Positions 45,350 to 59,810 of a DNA stretch of 64,000 nt are shown here, piece by piece. Source of the stretch: the human T2T-CHM13v2.0 reference genome, Homo sapiens; the NCBI RefSeq assembly GCF_009914755.1, contig NC_060925.1, one strand, 5' to 3'. The stretch's first letter is position 1. Every line of letters begins with the position of its first letter. Made by a program: the position numbers and the translations under genes. The notes beneath the pieces are model-generated. The model worked only from the letters and a program-made list of their open reading frames with translations, was not told the origin of the DNA and ran no database searches.

Positions 45350-45556
45350 CTGAATGGCTACCCCCACCTCATTTGCGTTCTGGTACATGTGGACACAGTC
45401 AATGCAGCAGTACCCGATGTCAATTGCCACCTTCACAGCTTCAGTTACCTGGCCCAAGGGGGACTTGCAGGTGCCCAGCCCCAGTATGAGCATCTAGGTG
45501 CTGTTGTTGAGCATGAGGTAGCTGGCCGTGGCTGCTGCACTTTACAGACCCCCACC
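45350..45556 (-). pseudogene. 5' fragment of a processed aldose reductase (AKR1B1-like) pseudogene: 5' UTR plus codons 1-60
   Basis: ACG(45529)[58 protein letters not shown] aligns without gaps to AKR1B1 [60 protein letters not shown]. Confidence 0.88.
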
Positions 45557-45566
45557 TGGAACTGTC

Positions 45567-45860
45567 TTATTTTATTTTATTTTTTTTTAGAGATAGGGTC
45601 TTGCTCTGTCACCCAGGCTAGAATGCAGTGTTGCGATCATGGCTCACTGCAGCCTCAAACCCCTGCGTTCAAGGGATCCTCCTGCCTCAGCCTCTAGAGT
45701 AGCTGGGACTACAGGTGTGCACCACCATGCCCAGTTAACTTTTTGTAGAGACGATCTCACTACGTTTCCCAGGCTGGTCTCTAACATCTGGCTTCAAGCA
45801 ATCCTCCTGGCTCAGCCTTCTAAACTGTTTGGAATACAGGCGTGAACCACCACACCCAGC
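45567..45860 (-). mobile_element. AluJ
   Basis: Antisense Alu. Confidence 0.85.
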
Positions 45861-45946
45861 ACATAACAATTTTAGAGATGTTAAAAATGTGAAAACATGG
45901 TAAGACTATAGGAGATTATTTAAAAAAAAAAAAAAAAGCGAGAACA

Positions 45947-46073
45947 GGCTGGACACAGTGACTCACTCCAGTAATCCAAGCACTTGGGGAGGCCAAAGTG
46001 CGAGTATTACTTGAGGCCAGGAATTCAAGACCAGCCCGGGCAAAATAGCAAGACCCCACACACACAACAAAAA
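45947..46073 (+). mobile_element. FLAM monomer
   Basis: Single arm. Confidence 0.75.
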
Positions 46074-47484
46074 GTGAAAACAATGTGTCTCTTAGAATAG
46101 ATGAACTGTGATATATACTATTTGTGGGTGTAGGTTAACATGAATGTACAAAATAAAAAACACCAAAATCAGGATAGGGTTACCTCTGTTGGAAGAAGTC
46201 AGGGGAATGGGATTTGGAAGGGACACATAAGGACCTCAACTTTATTTGTAATATTTTGTTTGTCTTCTGTAGCCTTTTCAGACAAAGAGTGAAGATTCAT
46301 TAAAACGTGATTGGGAGTACATGGTAATATTTATCCAGACTTTTTGATGTGGCTGAAATATGTCATTACTTTTTACAAACTGGAAGTGAGGAAGAGTAGA
46401 TAAGTGTAAAGCGGATAAGTCTGGCTTGAAAAGAAGGATAATAGAGGAAAGCACAATACGTGGGAAGGTTTTTGTTTGTTTAAGTGAGAAATACAGGTAT
46501 CCTTTGATCTGAACAGTACCTGTGCACACTCAGGAATTGATTATATTCCTACAGATTTTCAGAGAAGTCCTTTGTTGTCCTTACTTTCCTTTATCTGAAA
46601 CTTTGGAGTCAAATAGACGTACTTAACCACATAGACTCAGAAAGTTAGGAGTACTTTTACTTGAACTTGTTTATACTTGTGGCAAAATAACCAACAGAGA
46701 GAATGAAAATACAGAAGCTAGAGTGTATTTCTGAAGGGTTAAGAGTTAAGATCTAGACTATAAATAGAGTAATTCACCCTGGATAAGAGGAGGGTCACTA
46801 ACCTCACTTACATTAGAAAGAATATGATGGGAATAGGTTTAAATATTAAAATATTTTTAGGTGTGAGAGTGATATTGACCAAATATTCTCAATGTATTGT
46901 GCCCCAAATTTTCATTTCATTGCAAGAAGCATAAGGAACTAAGAGATGAGGCAACAAGGTTCGGCTTAAAGAGTGGTTGGTGGTGGTTGTGTTTTTTGTT
47001 GTCTAGATTTTTATATCTGGTATCAATAGAAGTTACCATTTTTTGAAATAACTATTTGAAATTTATTTGACCTTTGCAAAGGTCACAGAATTTACTGAGT
47101 ATATTTAATATTCTAGACAATAGACTGATTCTGTAATACCTAACCTTTGAAAATGTATCATCCAGCCTCAGGCTATTTCCCTAATCTGTCTTTTCCAGAT
47201 AGGGAAAAAAAAAATTGCCAACACATAAGAATTTATATATATTTCGACATTTATGTTTATTATTGTTTTGTGTTATATTTTATTTTTCATATTGATAGAG
47301 TGAGAAAATTTTTGTAGTATGATCTACATTCTTCATTTTATACTTTAAGCCTAATACTCCTTTTTAGTGCAGAGAAATTTGTTTCTCTCCAATTATTCCT
47401 TATAATTAAAGATTACTTTGGAACTTAACTCTTCAAATGCAGAGCATTCTTCACTTTTATTCATTATCTCTTTTTAAATTTTAG

Positions 47485-47581
47485 AGCTGAACGACAAAGG
47501 AATGAAGCACTATATAATGCCGAAGAGCTGAGTAAAGCTTTCCAACAATATAAAAAAAAAGTGGCTGAAAAACTGGAAAAG
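47485..47581 (+). CDS. CCDC18: CCDC18 exon 7
   Basis: ttttag|A, AAG|gtaaaa; 97 nt; [32 protein letters not shown]; an alternative donor would end the exon at 47641. Confidence 0.92.
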
Positions 47582-49276
47582 GTAAAAGGCAGTTGTGCAA
47601 ATTCAGTGTTTTGTATTACTGTCTATATTCCAACAGTAAAGGTAGGAATAATTAAAATATGTTTATGGTTGAGACAGAGAGTAATTTTTATGATCTTACA
47701 AAATCATTTAAATAAACAATTTGTAAATGTTAGTTAAGGATGATGTTCACCAACCCTTTTATTATCAGGAGAAACTTTTTTATCCAAAGAGGGAAAAGAG
47801 TAGAGAGAGGAGAAGGAACAAAATACAGAGAAGGATGGAATGTGTTAACAGAGACTGGAGCTAAAGAAGTAGAAAAAAGAAATTCATTTTTATCACTTCA
47901 ATGAAAATGAAGATAGATTATGTAGCTTTCAACTGGTCTCCCTCAGTCTGCTACTCTGAGAGGGGCTTGCTTCTGCCTCTCGGAAGGTTCCTTGAACTGA
48001 TTTGATATAGAAATAATAGTGAGTTTATTACATTCATTTATTATATTCATTTAGTATCTTTAAGTAATATCACATGGTAATGAAATGTGTATGGAGGAAC
48101 ACCACAGTTGGATATTCAGATATTGAGCTCAAAAGAGAGGTCTGGTAAAGAGATACTAATATGGGAGACTTCCATCTTGAGATAGCAATGAAAGCAGAGG
48201 AAGTTTATGATTCTGATCCAAGAAAGGTAGAAAGGCAGAGGAAGGAATGTTCAGGTAGAAGGGTAGAGTAAGAAGATGGGTGTTCATTTATTAAACAATC
48301 ATGAAATTCCTTTTACATGCCAGGTACTGTGCTAGTCTCTGGGAGATTCGGTGATACATAACACATGATACCTATCCTAAAGAGCTCACTGTCTAGTAAG
48401 ATTGACAAGTATGTAAACAAATAATTTCAGTATTTTGGAATAAGTATAATATAGAAATAAGAGGTAGGTGTGGTAGGGTGGGTGAAGGTGGCAGTGGTTA
48501 ATAAACTCTGGTGGGCCCAAAGAAGGCTTCACAGAGTAGGCAATGCTTGAGCTGCTAGGCTATCTCAAAGATTGTGATATATCTTTGAACAGTGTTAACC
48601 AGGGAAAATGATCAAAATCTATGTTCTAGGAAGCTCACCCTGATGTCATGTGAAGATGCATTTGAGAGGTGAGAGACAAGTCAAGGAGACTTTAAAAGAC
48701 AAGGCAAGAGATATTGAAGATGAAGGAGCTGAGTAGGTAGCTATGAGGGATGTTAAAGTTGGGGAATCAGTGGGATCTAGTGACCACTTGAATGCATTAG
48801 AAGCGGGCAGTATGAGAAAGAAGAATATAGGATATTTTTAGGTTGCTGGTTTGAGTGACTGCTGGATGATTGCATCATGAATCAAAATAGACAGTTTAAG
48901 AAAAAAAGTTAATGAGTTCTATTTTGGAAATGTCTGTAGAATATCCAGTTATAGGTAGGCTTTTGTATCTATAGGTCTGGATTTAGACATACAAATCTGT
49001 ACTAGGGCTGTAGTTTTGAGAATTAACAGTACTGAATTAAAGTGGTAGAAGCCTTGGACATTGACAGAGTTCATATAGAATGAGAACAAGATGAAAGATA
49101 CCCTGGGAGATAAAGAACAGGTAGATTAGCTTTTGAAAGATATCGAGAAGTGATTTAAAAAAATTAGAGAATCAGGAAAGTATAATAAGAAAAGCCAAGG
49201 TGATAGAACATTTTAAAAAGAAGGTGGTGATCTTCAGTGCCAGATGTTGCAAACTGGTCAAGAAGAATGAGGACTG

Positions 49277-49443
49277 AACCAGGTGTGGTGGCTTATGCCT
49301 GTAATTCCAGCTACTCAGCAGGCTGAGGTAGAAGGATTGCTTGAACTCAGGAGTTAGAGGCTGCATTAAGCCATGATAATGCCACTGCACTCAGGCCTGA
49401 GTGAAAGAGCAAGACCCTGTCTGTAAAAAATCAGAAAAAAAAA
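49277..49443 (+). mobile_element. Alu monomer (FRAM-like)
   Basis: Single arm plus A tail. Confidence 0.75.
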
Positions 49444-50339
49444 ATTTAGAAAGATGAGGAACAAGACAGGGCTATTGGTTTTTATAATCAGGGAGTCATT
49501 GGATACTTTGTAGAGAGCAACTTATTAAAGTAGAAGGCACAACCTCTGAAATGGGAGAAATGGAAAGGGAGGGGGTAGAGGTAGCTAACAGACAATTCTT
49601 TACATACGGTAGGTGAAGAGGAAATAAGTGTGTGTGGTGGGTTGGGAGAGGCAGCGAATGGAAGGGTAGAAAGAAGCTAAGTTAAGGTGAAGAAGCTGTG
49701 GTAAAGCACCTAAGGGTATCCTGAACATATTAGTAGGGGGAGATTGAAGATGCTAGAATTATAAGGAATAAAAGATGGCACAAGGGTCTGAATGATATGC
49801 AAGATGATAGTCCAAGAGCAGAAGTGAGATTCTTTTTTTTAATGAAATAGGACATTTCTTTATGGGAAAAAAGTGGATAAAAACAGAAAAAAGTTTTAGG
49901 TGGAAGGAAATTGAACGATTTTGAATTAAATGTCTTTGGTCTCATAAATTAAGATGTTGCTTAAGTGATTTTCATAGCGTAAGGAGGATAGGAGGGATTT
50001 TGGAAACTTGGGGTGAGTATTTCTCATAATATATTTGCAATAAGGAAAGCCAAGAAATTTGCTAAACTTTTGAGAGAATATATGGAAAGAAAAGAGCAGT
50101 CAGGAATGATGAGTTAATAAAAGGAAGCAAGGAAAACAAGAGTGGCCAGAGTCAAGTGTAATATTATCATGACAGCTACATGATAAAATATTTTAGAGGA
50201 GAAGTTACCAACAATATTAAATACTGAGATCAAGGAGAAAGTCTGCAGTTGATTACAAAGTGGTCATTCCTTTGCAGTAAAACTGTGAGTATCACTTGGC
50301 AGTGTAAAATATTAAGGTCTCACTAGGTACTGAAATCTT

Positions 50340-50379
50340 TTTTTTTTAAATTTTATTATTATTATACTTTAAGTTTTAG
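50340..50379 (-). mobile_element. 40-bp extremely 5'-truncated young L1PA insertion
   Basis: ttttattattattatactttaagttttagggtac L1 terminus flanked by perfect 14-bp TSD ggtactgaaatctt. Confidence 0.85.
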
Positions 50380-51102
50380 GGTACTGAAATCTTAAGTGTG
50401 AATTAGTTAATCAGAACGCTGTTTTGAGAGCTAAAGAGGGTCCTTGTGGGAATGAAATATCTTAGAAGGGATTTTTAATAAGGTGATCAGTAAGGGGAGG
50501 TAGAAGACCTAGTAGGAGGAATATGCTTGGGGAGAAGAAGGACTTTATGGAGAAGGAGAGAAGAATGTAAGAGACAGGTTTTGTTTTTTTACACTTAGGA
50601 TTATCAATTGCAAACAATGCTCAGCAAAGCCCTATAGTTAGGTGGATGTAACAGGGTAACAAAGGAATTGGGGCAGATCTACCCAATCTTCTCCTCTCAA
50701 CAGTGTATCTTGGGTGCTTTTTTCTGTTCTACATTTTGGGCTGTGGTTTCGTTGGTAAATTTTGTGGTTCAAATTTCAAAAGTAACTTCTCTGGAATATT
50801 TGCACTGAAATTAACCTTTAGTAACTCGGACGCAGCAGCTGTAGATGAATTTTTGACTTCAGTTGATGCAATTGCCTATCTGTTACAGGTTTTCTGGACA
50901 GGTAGTAGTGTCTTTTTCTCTGTCCTTTGCTACTGCCCAGGAACTTCACTTTGCTTCTTTTCACTACAAGGCTGGGGACTTAAATGTATGAAATTCTTAG
51001 TCTACTCTCCTGCTTATTTCTGAAATCACTACTGACATTTTTAGCTTGAAACACCTAAAACTTACAACCACATTAGTATGTCCACTTAAATTATTGTTTT
51101 AG

Positions 51103-51224
51103 GTTCAAGCTGAAGAAGAAATATTAGAGAGAAATCTAACTAACTGTGAAAAAGAAAATAAAAGGCTACAAGAAAGGTGTGGTCTATATAAAAGTGAACT
51201 TGAAATTCTGAAAGAGAAATTAAG
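51103..51224 (+). CDS. CCDC18: CCDC18 exon 8
   Basis: ttttag|GTT, AG|gtacag; 122 nt; [40 protein letters not shown]. Confidence 0.93.
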
Positions 51225-52698
51225 GTACAGTATTCTGTTGTAGAAAAAGGATTTTTGTGTGGACATGGAAAAAACTGAAACACTTTAAAACACAATATTT
51301 TATTGTTGTAATTATAGGCTTACATTATATAGAAGGATAGGCTTCATGACTGAAACTGTTTTCTAGCTATAGAGTTAGAATTAGAAGTGAAGTAAAATGT
51401 GTTAATGCTAATAATATTTGTAAATACGGAGACATACTGATCAACATATTTGCTTTGCATATATTTAGAGAAAATTAATAGATATAATGTCCTTGATGTA
51501 TAACCACATTAACTCACTAGTAAAATGTGTATAATATCCGATGTTCTAAAAAAAAGTGTTTTTCAAATCATAAAAAATTACCTAGTCCAGACTTCTCATT
51601 TTATAAGTAAACAGAAGCCCCGAGAGTAGCCAGAATTTACTGAAGGTCTGAAAGATCGAAGTCTTCTGACTCCAATGCTCTCTTTTAGTACATCATGTTG
51701 TCCTCTCAAAACTAACACCATCAACTTTCAGAGGTTAATATTAACCAGTCTTTATCACTTCAAACTGTTAATTTAAAAAAAAGGGGGAGCAGGAAGCAAT
51801 CAATGACTGATTTGTCTAATTTTGCCATACTTTCCTTAAGGTAGTCTGTTTAGTATTTTTGCCAAGGAGGAGGAAGTAAAGATACTTTTTACTAGAGTAT
51901 TTTTTAGAATCGGTTATCGATTGCAAGATATACTTTTAAGAAAGAAAGATGCTGCCAATTACACTATGATGCAATCCTTTATCACTTAAAATTTTTATAC
52001 TTCATGAAAGAATTCTTGTATTTGTAATTAGATATGATTTCTTAAGTCGTTATTTTCATATTTTTCAAAAAAGTTATTCTCATATTTCAAATATAAGTGA
52101 AATAAATTGGTTAAGATATTTTTAAAACTTCACATTTGGAGTCTAACCCTCTAAAATGTCTAAGTTTTTCCTCACAGTATCTCCCAGTGTGCCATTAAGA
52201 CTTGTTGATGCAGTATTTCTTAAAAGAATCCTTGTAAGAACAGAAAGTCATTGATGCTGGGCTCTTAAGCTGGTTGTACAATTATGTAGAGCCAGTTTAC
52301 TTTTTCTCCTGTTTTAGGAATCCAAAACTTTGTTGATAATGTGAAATGCTATGTCAGGGATTTTGAAGTTAGATTTCCTGTCTTATATAATTAAACAGGG
52401 AGCAGAAATGCTTTTAAGACAGTAGGGCTGTCCTTCCCTACCATTTACTGTGAGACACTAGGAAAGTTATATAACCTTTTTGTGCCTCAGTTACCTCATC
52501 TGTAAATAAGAAGTAATAATAGTGCCAACCATATAAAGTTGTGAGTGCCTGGCATGCAGAAAGTAGGTATTTAGTAAATGTGAGCAGGTATTATTTTAGA
52601 ATTAAGCTTCAAAAAATTTTAAAAGTGAGATTAAATAAATATGATTAAAATGAATGCATATATATTTTATTTTCATTTTTATTCTCTTTTCTTCATAG

Positions 52699-52990
52699 GC
52701 AGTTAAAAGAAGAAAATAACAACGGAAAAGAAAAATTAAGGATCATGGCAGTGAAAACTTCAGAAGTCATGGCACAACTAACTGAATCTAGACAAAGTAT
52801 TTTGAAGCTAGAGAGTGAGTTAGAGAACAAAGACGAAATACTTAGAGACAAATTTTCTTTAATGAATGAAAACCGAGAATTAAAGGTCCGTGTTGCAGCA
52901 CAGAATGAGCGACTAGATTTATGTCAACAAGAAATTGAAAGTTCAAGGGTAGAACTAAGAAGTTTGGAAAAGATTATATCCCAGTTGCCA
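52699..52990 (+). CDS. CCDC18: CCDC18 exon 9
   Basis: ttcatag|G, CCA|gtaagt; 292 nt; heptad-rich [23 protein letters not shown]...KIISQLP (ORF 52745). Confidence 0.95.
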
Positions 52991-53209
52991 GTAAGTATGT
53001 GTGATTACGTAATGGAAAAGAAGAATTTTACTAAAGTGTTTTAGAAAAGACTATCATTTTGTGGTTGCTTTATTAGCTTCTAATTTCTTTTTCTCTATAC
53101 TTTTAGTCATGAATTTCTCTTCTGTCTAAATCTCTATTTTTTTTCCTGCACTTACCATTCTACACTTTTCCCCAGTTTCTCAGATGCCATATATAAGAAT
53201 GGCACAGAA

Positions 53210-54862
<1,653 letters not shown>

Positions 54863-55371
54863 TAATAATGGTCTACCACCTTTTCTCTTTTAGTAATATT
54901 TGTGACCATATATATAAATGAGATTAAGAAGAAGGTAAGTAAACCTATTCAGGAATTTGTAATCAATAGGTGTAAAATGAAGGAAAGATCAGGGGAAACT
55001 ATAGGTAAATATATTATGGTTGGTTTCAGATATGAATGTATGGTAGACTAGATGGTAGACTTACCAATGTTAAACTGTTATGAACTGTGGAATTATGAAC
55101 CAAAAAAATCTCAGAAATCATCTGATTCAATACTGTTTTATTGGTGAAGAAACCTAGACCCAAGAAAGTAAATAACTTGCCCAACTGGTAAGTAGTAGAA
55201 TTTAAACTAGAACATAAGATCTTAGCTCCTCTGATATCTGCTTTCCCAGGATGCTGTTTATTTGCTTGGATTTTTAATGTACTGTTTGCTTTTGAAATTA
55301 GAAAGTAATCATATACAGATAACAATTTTAATTTGGCATTCTCATTTGTGTATCAAGAATTATTTCATATA

Positions 55372-55655
55372 TGGTCAGGCACAGTGGCTCCTGCTTGTAA
55401 TCCCAGCATTTTGGCAGGCCAAGGTGAGAGGAACTCTTGAAGCAAGAGTTCAAGACCAGCTTGGGTAATACAGTGAGACCCTGTCTCTACAAAAATGCAA
55501 AAATTAGCTGGGCATGGTGGCGCATGCCTGTGGTCCTAGCTACTCGAGAAGCTGAGGTAGGAGGATTGCTTGAGTCCAAGAGTTCGAGGCTGCAGTGAGC
55601 TCTATGATCATAAGCTCCAGTCTGGGTGACAGAGTGAGACCCTGTCTCTAAAAAA
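55372..55655 (+). mobile_element. AluJ
   Basis: aagaat.attt flanks. Confidence 0.85.
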
Positions 55656-56393
55656 AGAATCATTTGAGATATGATTCCGAATGTGGTAATGTATGCTTGA
55701 TCGTTTGTTTCTTGTAGTGCTAAGAATGACACGATTAGAAAATGTGATTTTTTTCTACTTCTAGGAGGTGTGATTCGGTTATAGTTTGAAGGTAGAAGTC
55801 ATTAAATGCTAACCTTGCTCCTTTTTATAACTGTCTTTTAAAATTCTGTATTATCCAAACATACAGAAAGGTGCATATGCTAGTGTAGCACCTTATTTGT
55901 AAAATTTGGGACACATATTGTCTTATCAACTCTATGTTTTTTTAGAATAAAATTTTACAGGTAAATCTTCTTTGTGTACCTTGTCAGATCCCAATTATCT
56001 TCCTCTCTCCTCAGAAATGGCAATTATTCTGAAATTCATGTGTATTCTTCTCGTCCATGTTTTAAATATTGTCACATATCGATGCATCTAGAAATATATA
56101 TATGTTGCTTAGTGTTTTTATGAAAATACTGTTTGCCACTATAATTTGTTTTTCACTCAATATTGTTATGAGATGTATCCATACTGATTTATGTGACTCA
56201 GGTTTATTTCTTTTAACTATTGTAGTTTTCCAATTATCTTAATATTTCTTAATGTATTTATATATTCTCCTATTGATGGACATTAAGTTGTTTCCATTAA
56301 ATTCATACAGTTTTTAAAATTTGAAGTTCTGAATAAAAAAGCAAATGCGTCTCATTTACATAAGTTTACATATGTTTGTTTTTAAACTTGCAG

Positions 56394-56518
56394 TTAAAAA
56401 GAGAATTATTTGGCTTTAAATCATATCTTTCTAAATACCAGATGAGTAGCTTCTCAAACAAGGAAGACCGTTGCATTGGCTGCTGTGAGGCAAATAAATT
56501 GGTGATTTCGGACTTGAG
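56394..56518 (+). CDS. CCDC18: CCDC18 exon 10
   Basis: ttgcag|TTA, AG|gtacaa; 125 nt; [41 protein letters not shown]. Confidence 0.92.
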
Positions 56519-56586
56519 GTACAATTTTCAGATTCTGCAGTTATAGCAAATAGAATGTTTTTTATTGGTAATTAAGACCCTTAATT

Positions 56587-56930
<344 letters not shown>

Positions 56931-57690
56931 TTATAACAGGTATCTGTGATTCCACAACTAAGAATTGAATCTTCTTAACCAGGATTGATTCTCCTTAAAA
57001 TTTGTGGTATTTGTTTTAAATCTGTTTCTCCAAATAAAAAATAAAACATTACAGGATGAATAATGCCCTTTGATCCTTATGACTAGTCCCATTTTTCCCC
57101 TAAGTATCCACCATCATGAATTGGATATATATTTCTCTATTCATTTTTGTATGTTTACACACATGTACACAAATATGTACCGTATACTGTGTGCAATTTT
57201 GCTTTTTCACTCAGCAGTATTTAAAAAATTCATTCATATTGAGATAGAGTAGATTAACAAATGGATTTGTGTAATTACTTTTAATAGCTGTATAGGATTC
57301 TATCCTATAACAGTGTCATAATTTATTTGTTCCTTTATAGGTATCTTGTTTCTGTTTTCTGTTACAAACAGTGCTGCAAAGGACATCCTTGTACATGTTT
57401 TCTTATACATATATATGAGAGTTTCTGTAGTATATATTCCTAACAGTGAAATTGCTGGGTCATACAGTGTGTACATTTTCAATTTTACTAAATACCATCA
57501 AGTTTGTAAAGTGGCTGAACCAATTTATAATTCTACAGTGGTATATGGGAGTTTTCATATCCTGCCTAAAGAGTTGACTAATATTAGAATTCTAATTTTT
57601 TAAATCAACTTGAAAGGTGAAAAATAGTACAGTATGAGTTTTTTTATAGAATCTTTCTAATAATTTTTCCCTTCTTTTCTTTTGTGCCAG

Positions 57691-57851
57691 AATTAAGCTT
57701 GCAATAAAAGAGGCAGAAATTCAAAAGCTTCATGCAAACCTGACTGCAAATCAGTTATCTCAGAGTCTTATTACTTGTAATGACAGCCAAGAAAGTAGCA
57801 AATTAAGTAGTTTAGAAACAGAACCTGTAAAGCTAGGTGGTCATCAAGTAG
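57691..57851 (+). CDS. CCDC18: CCDC18 exon 11
   Basis: gtgccag|A, G|gtaagt; 161 nt; [17 protein letters not shown]...KLGGHQV. Confidence 0.93.
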
Positions 57852-57908
57852 GTAAGTATATTGAGTTATTTTAATAAATTATATTCAGAGTTTTGGATGA
57901 TAGTTTTT

Positions 57909-58145
57909 TTTTAAAAAAACTTTTATTTAAATTTTTTTTTTAATTTAAGTTCAGGGATACATGTGCAGATTTGTTACATAGGTAAGCTTGTGTCATGGAG
58001 GTTTGTTTTACAGATTATTTCATCACCCAGGTATTAAGCCTAGTACCCCTTAATTATTTTTCCTGATCTACTCCCTCCTTCCACCCTCCACCCTCTGATA
58101 GACCCCAGTATGTGTTGTTCCCCTCTATGTTTCCATGTGTTCTCA
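57909..58145 (-). mobile_element. Short L1PA (older subfamily) 3' end
   Basis: ttttaatttaagttcagggatacatgtgcag...; 13-bp TSD gatgatagttttt (57896-908, 58146-158). Confidence 0.85.
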
Positions 58146-58309
58146 GATGATAGTTTTTAAAGAACAAATTTATCAACTGTTTGGTTTCTATTATCAAACA
58201 TACTTGATAATCTGTTACTAGTTGTGGTCTGATAAGACAGCAAAAGTTATTTCAGAATTATTAGACTTTGTATCATTCGTTAATGAAGTAAAATTGATAT
58301 CCAATAGAA

Positions 58310-58835
58310 CAGTGGTCCCCAACCTTTTTGGCACCAGGGACTGGTTTTGTGGAAGACATTTTTTCCATGGACCAGGGACGGGGTCAGGGTTGGTTTCAGG
58401 ATGATTCAAACGCATGACATTTATTGTGCAATTTATTTATATTATTATCACATTGATGTTGAAATAATTATACAACTCATCGTAATGTAGAATCAGTGGT
58501 AGCCCTGACCTTGTTTTCCTGCAACTAGAAGGTTCCATCTGGGGGTCATGGCAGACAGTGACAGATCATCAGGCATTAGATTCTCATAAGGAGTGAGCAG
58601 TCTAGATCCTGCGCATGTGCAGTTCATAATAGGGTTTGTGTTCCTGTGGGAATCTAATGCTGCCGCTAATCTGACAGGAGGTAGAGCTCCAGCAGTAATG
58701 CGAGCGATTGGGAGTGGGTGTAACTACAGATGAAGCTTTGCTCATTCGCCTGCCACTCACCTCCTACTATGTGGCCCAGTTCCTAATGGGCCATGGACTG
58801 GTACCAGTCCGTGGCCCAGGGGTTGGGGACCCCTG
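58310..58835 (+). mobile_element. MER1A hAT-Charlie DNA transposon
   Basis: TIRs cagtggtccccaacc ... ggttggggacccctg; about 526 bp. Confidence 0.85.
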
Positions 58836-59697
58836 CAGTTAAGATGCACCCATTTTAATATACAGTTTGATACGTTTTGTCAGGTGTTTGTGTTTTAATG
58901 TTTAACTCTTGTTACCATCACCACAGTCAAGACATAAGACATCTCCACCAGGATCCTTTGTACTTTTTCCCAGTTAACTTTTAGGCTTAATTTTCTCTCT
59001 GTTTTTTTTTTTCCAAAAAAACCACAAAACTTTTCTTAAAGTTTAGATTATTGATTTTAGACCTCTTTTCTTTTCTCATCTAAGTATTTAAGGATAGAAA
59101 CTTCCCTTTAAGCGGTGCTTTGGGTGTATTCCACTACTTTTTTTAATGTGTTGTATTTTCATTTTCATTCAGTTCAAAATAGTTATCTCTTGTGATTTCC
59201 TCTTTGACTCATAGGCTGTGTGTGTTTTATTTCCAAATATTTGGAGGTTTTTCCAGATATTTTTGTGTCATTCATGATGATCAGAGAACATACTGTATAG
59301 GACTTCATTTTTAAGAATGTTTTGAGATTTGGTTTATTGTCCAGCGTATGATCTATCTTGGTGAATGTTCCAAGTTGAGAATACTAGTAATTAGAGGTGG
59401 TAATAAATATAATATGTTATAGATTCTTTTACATCAAGAACAGAGCCAATAAAAAGTAAATAGCCTAGAAAGTGAAATATTATAGATGTAGAGAATTTAT
59501 GAGAAATGGCTACTGATGCAAATCTTGAAGGCAAAGTGTATCTTGTTTCCACATCTGTGTGTTCTCATGTAATCATCTACATTATGCTTTTTAAAAGCAC
59601 TTCTGAAGGCTTACTTACCTTGGAGTGGGAGATGTGTATGTTTATAGTGGAGAAGGGGCATGGTCAAGTAACTACCTCTGATAACCCTCAGTAATTT

Positions 59698-59810
59698 TTT
59701 TGAGACAGGATCTTGCCATGTTGCCCAGGATGGTCTTGAATTGGGCTCAAGTGATCCTCACACCTCAGCCTGTTGAATAGCTCAGATAACAGGTGCCACT
59801 GTGCCTGGCT
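59698..59810 (-). mobile_element. FLAM monomer
   Basis: TSD accctcagtaatttttt. Confidence 0.8.

Noticed and set aside
47750-50300. Long purine-rich stretch
   Set aside because: Consistent with decayed L2/MIR sequence; no ORF or splice structure
56511-56513. GAC (Asp) in CCDC18 ...VISDLR, which I vaguely recall as Glu
   Set aside because: My recall is too uncertain to call a variant without an alignment
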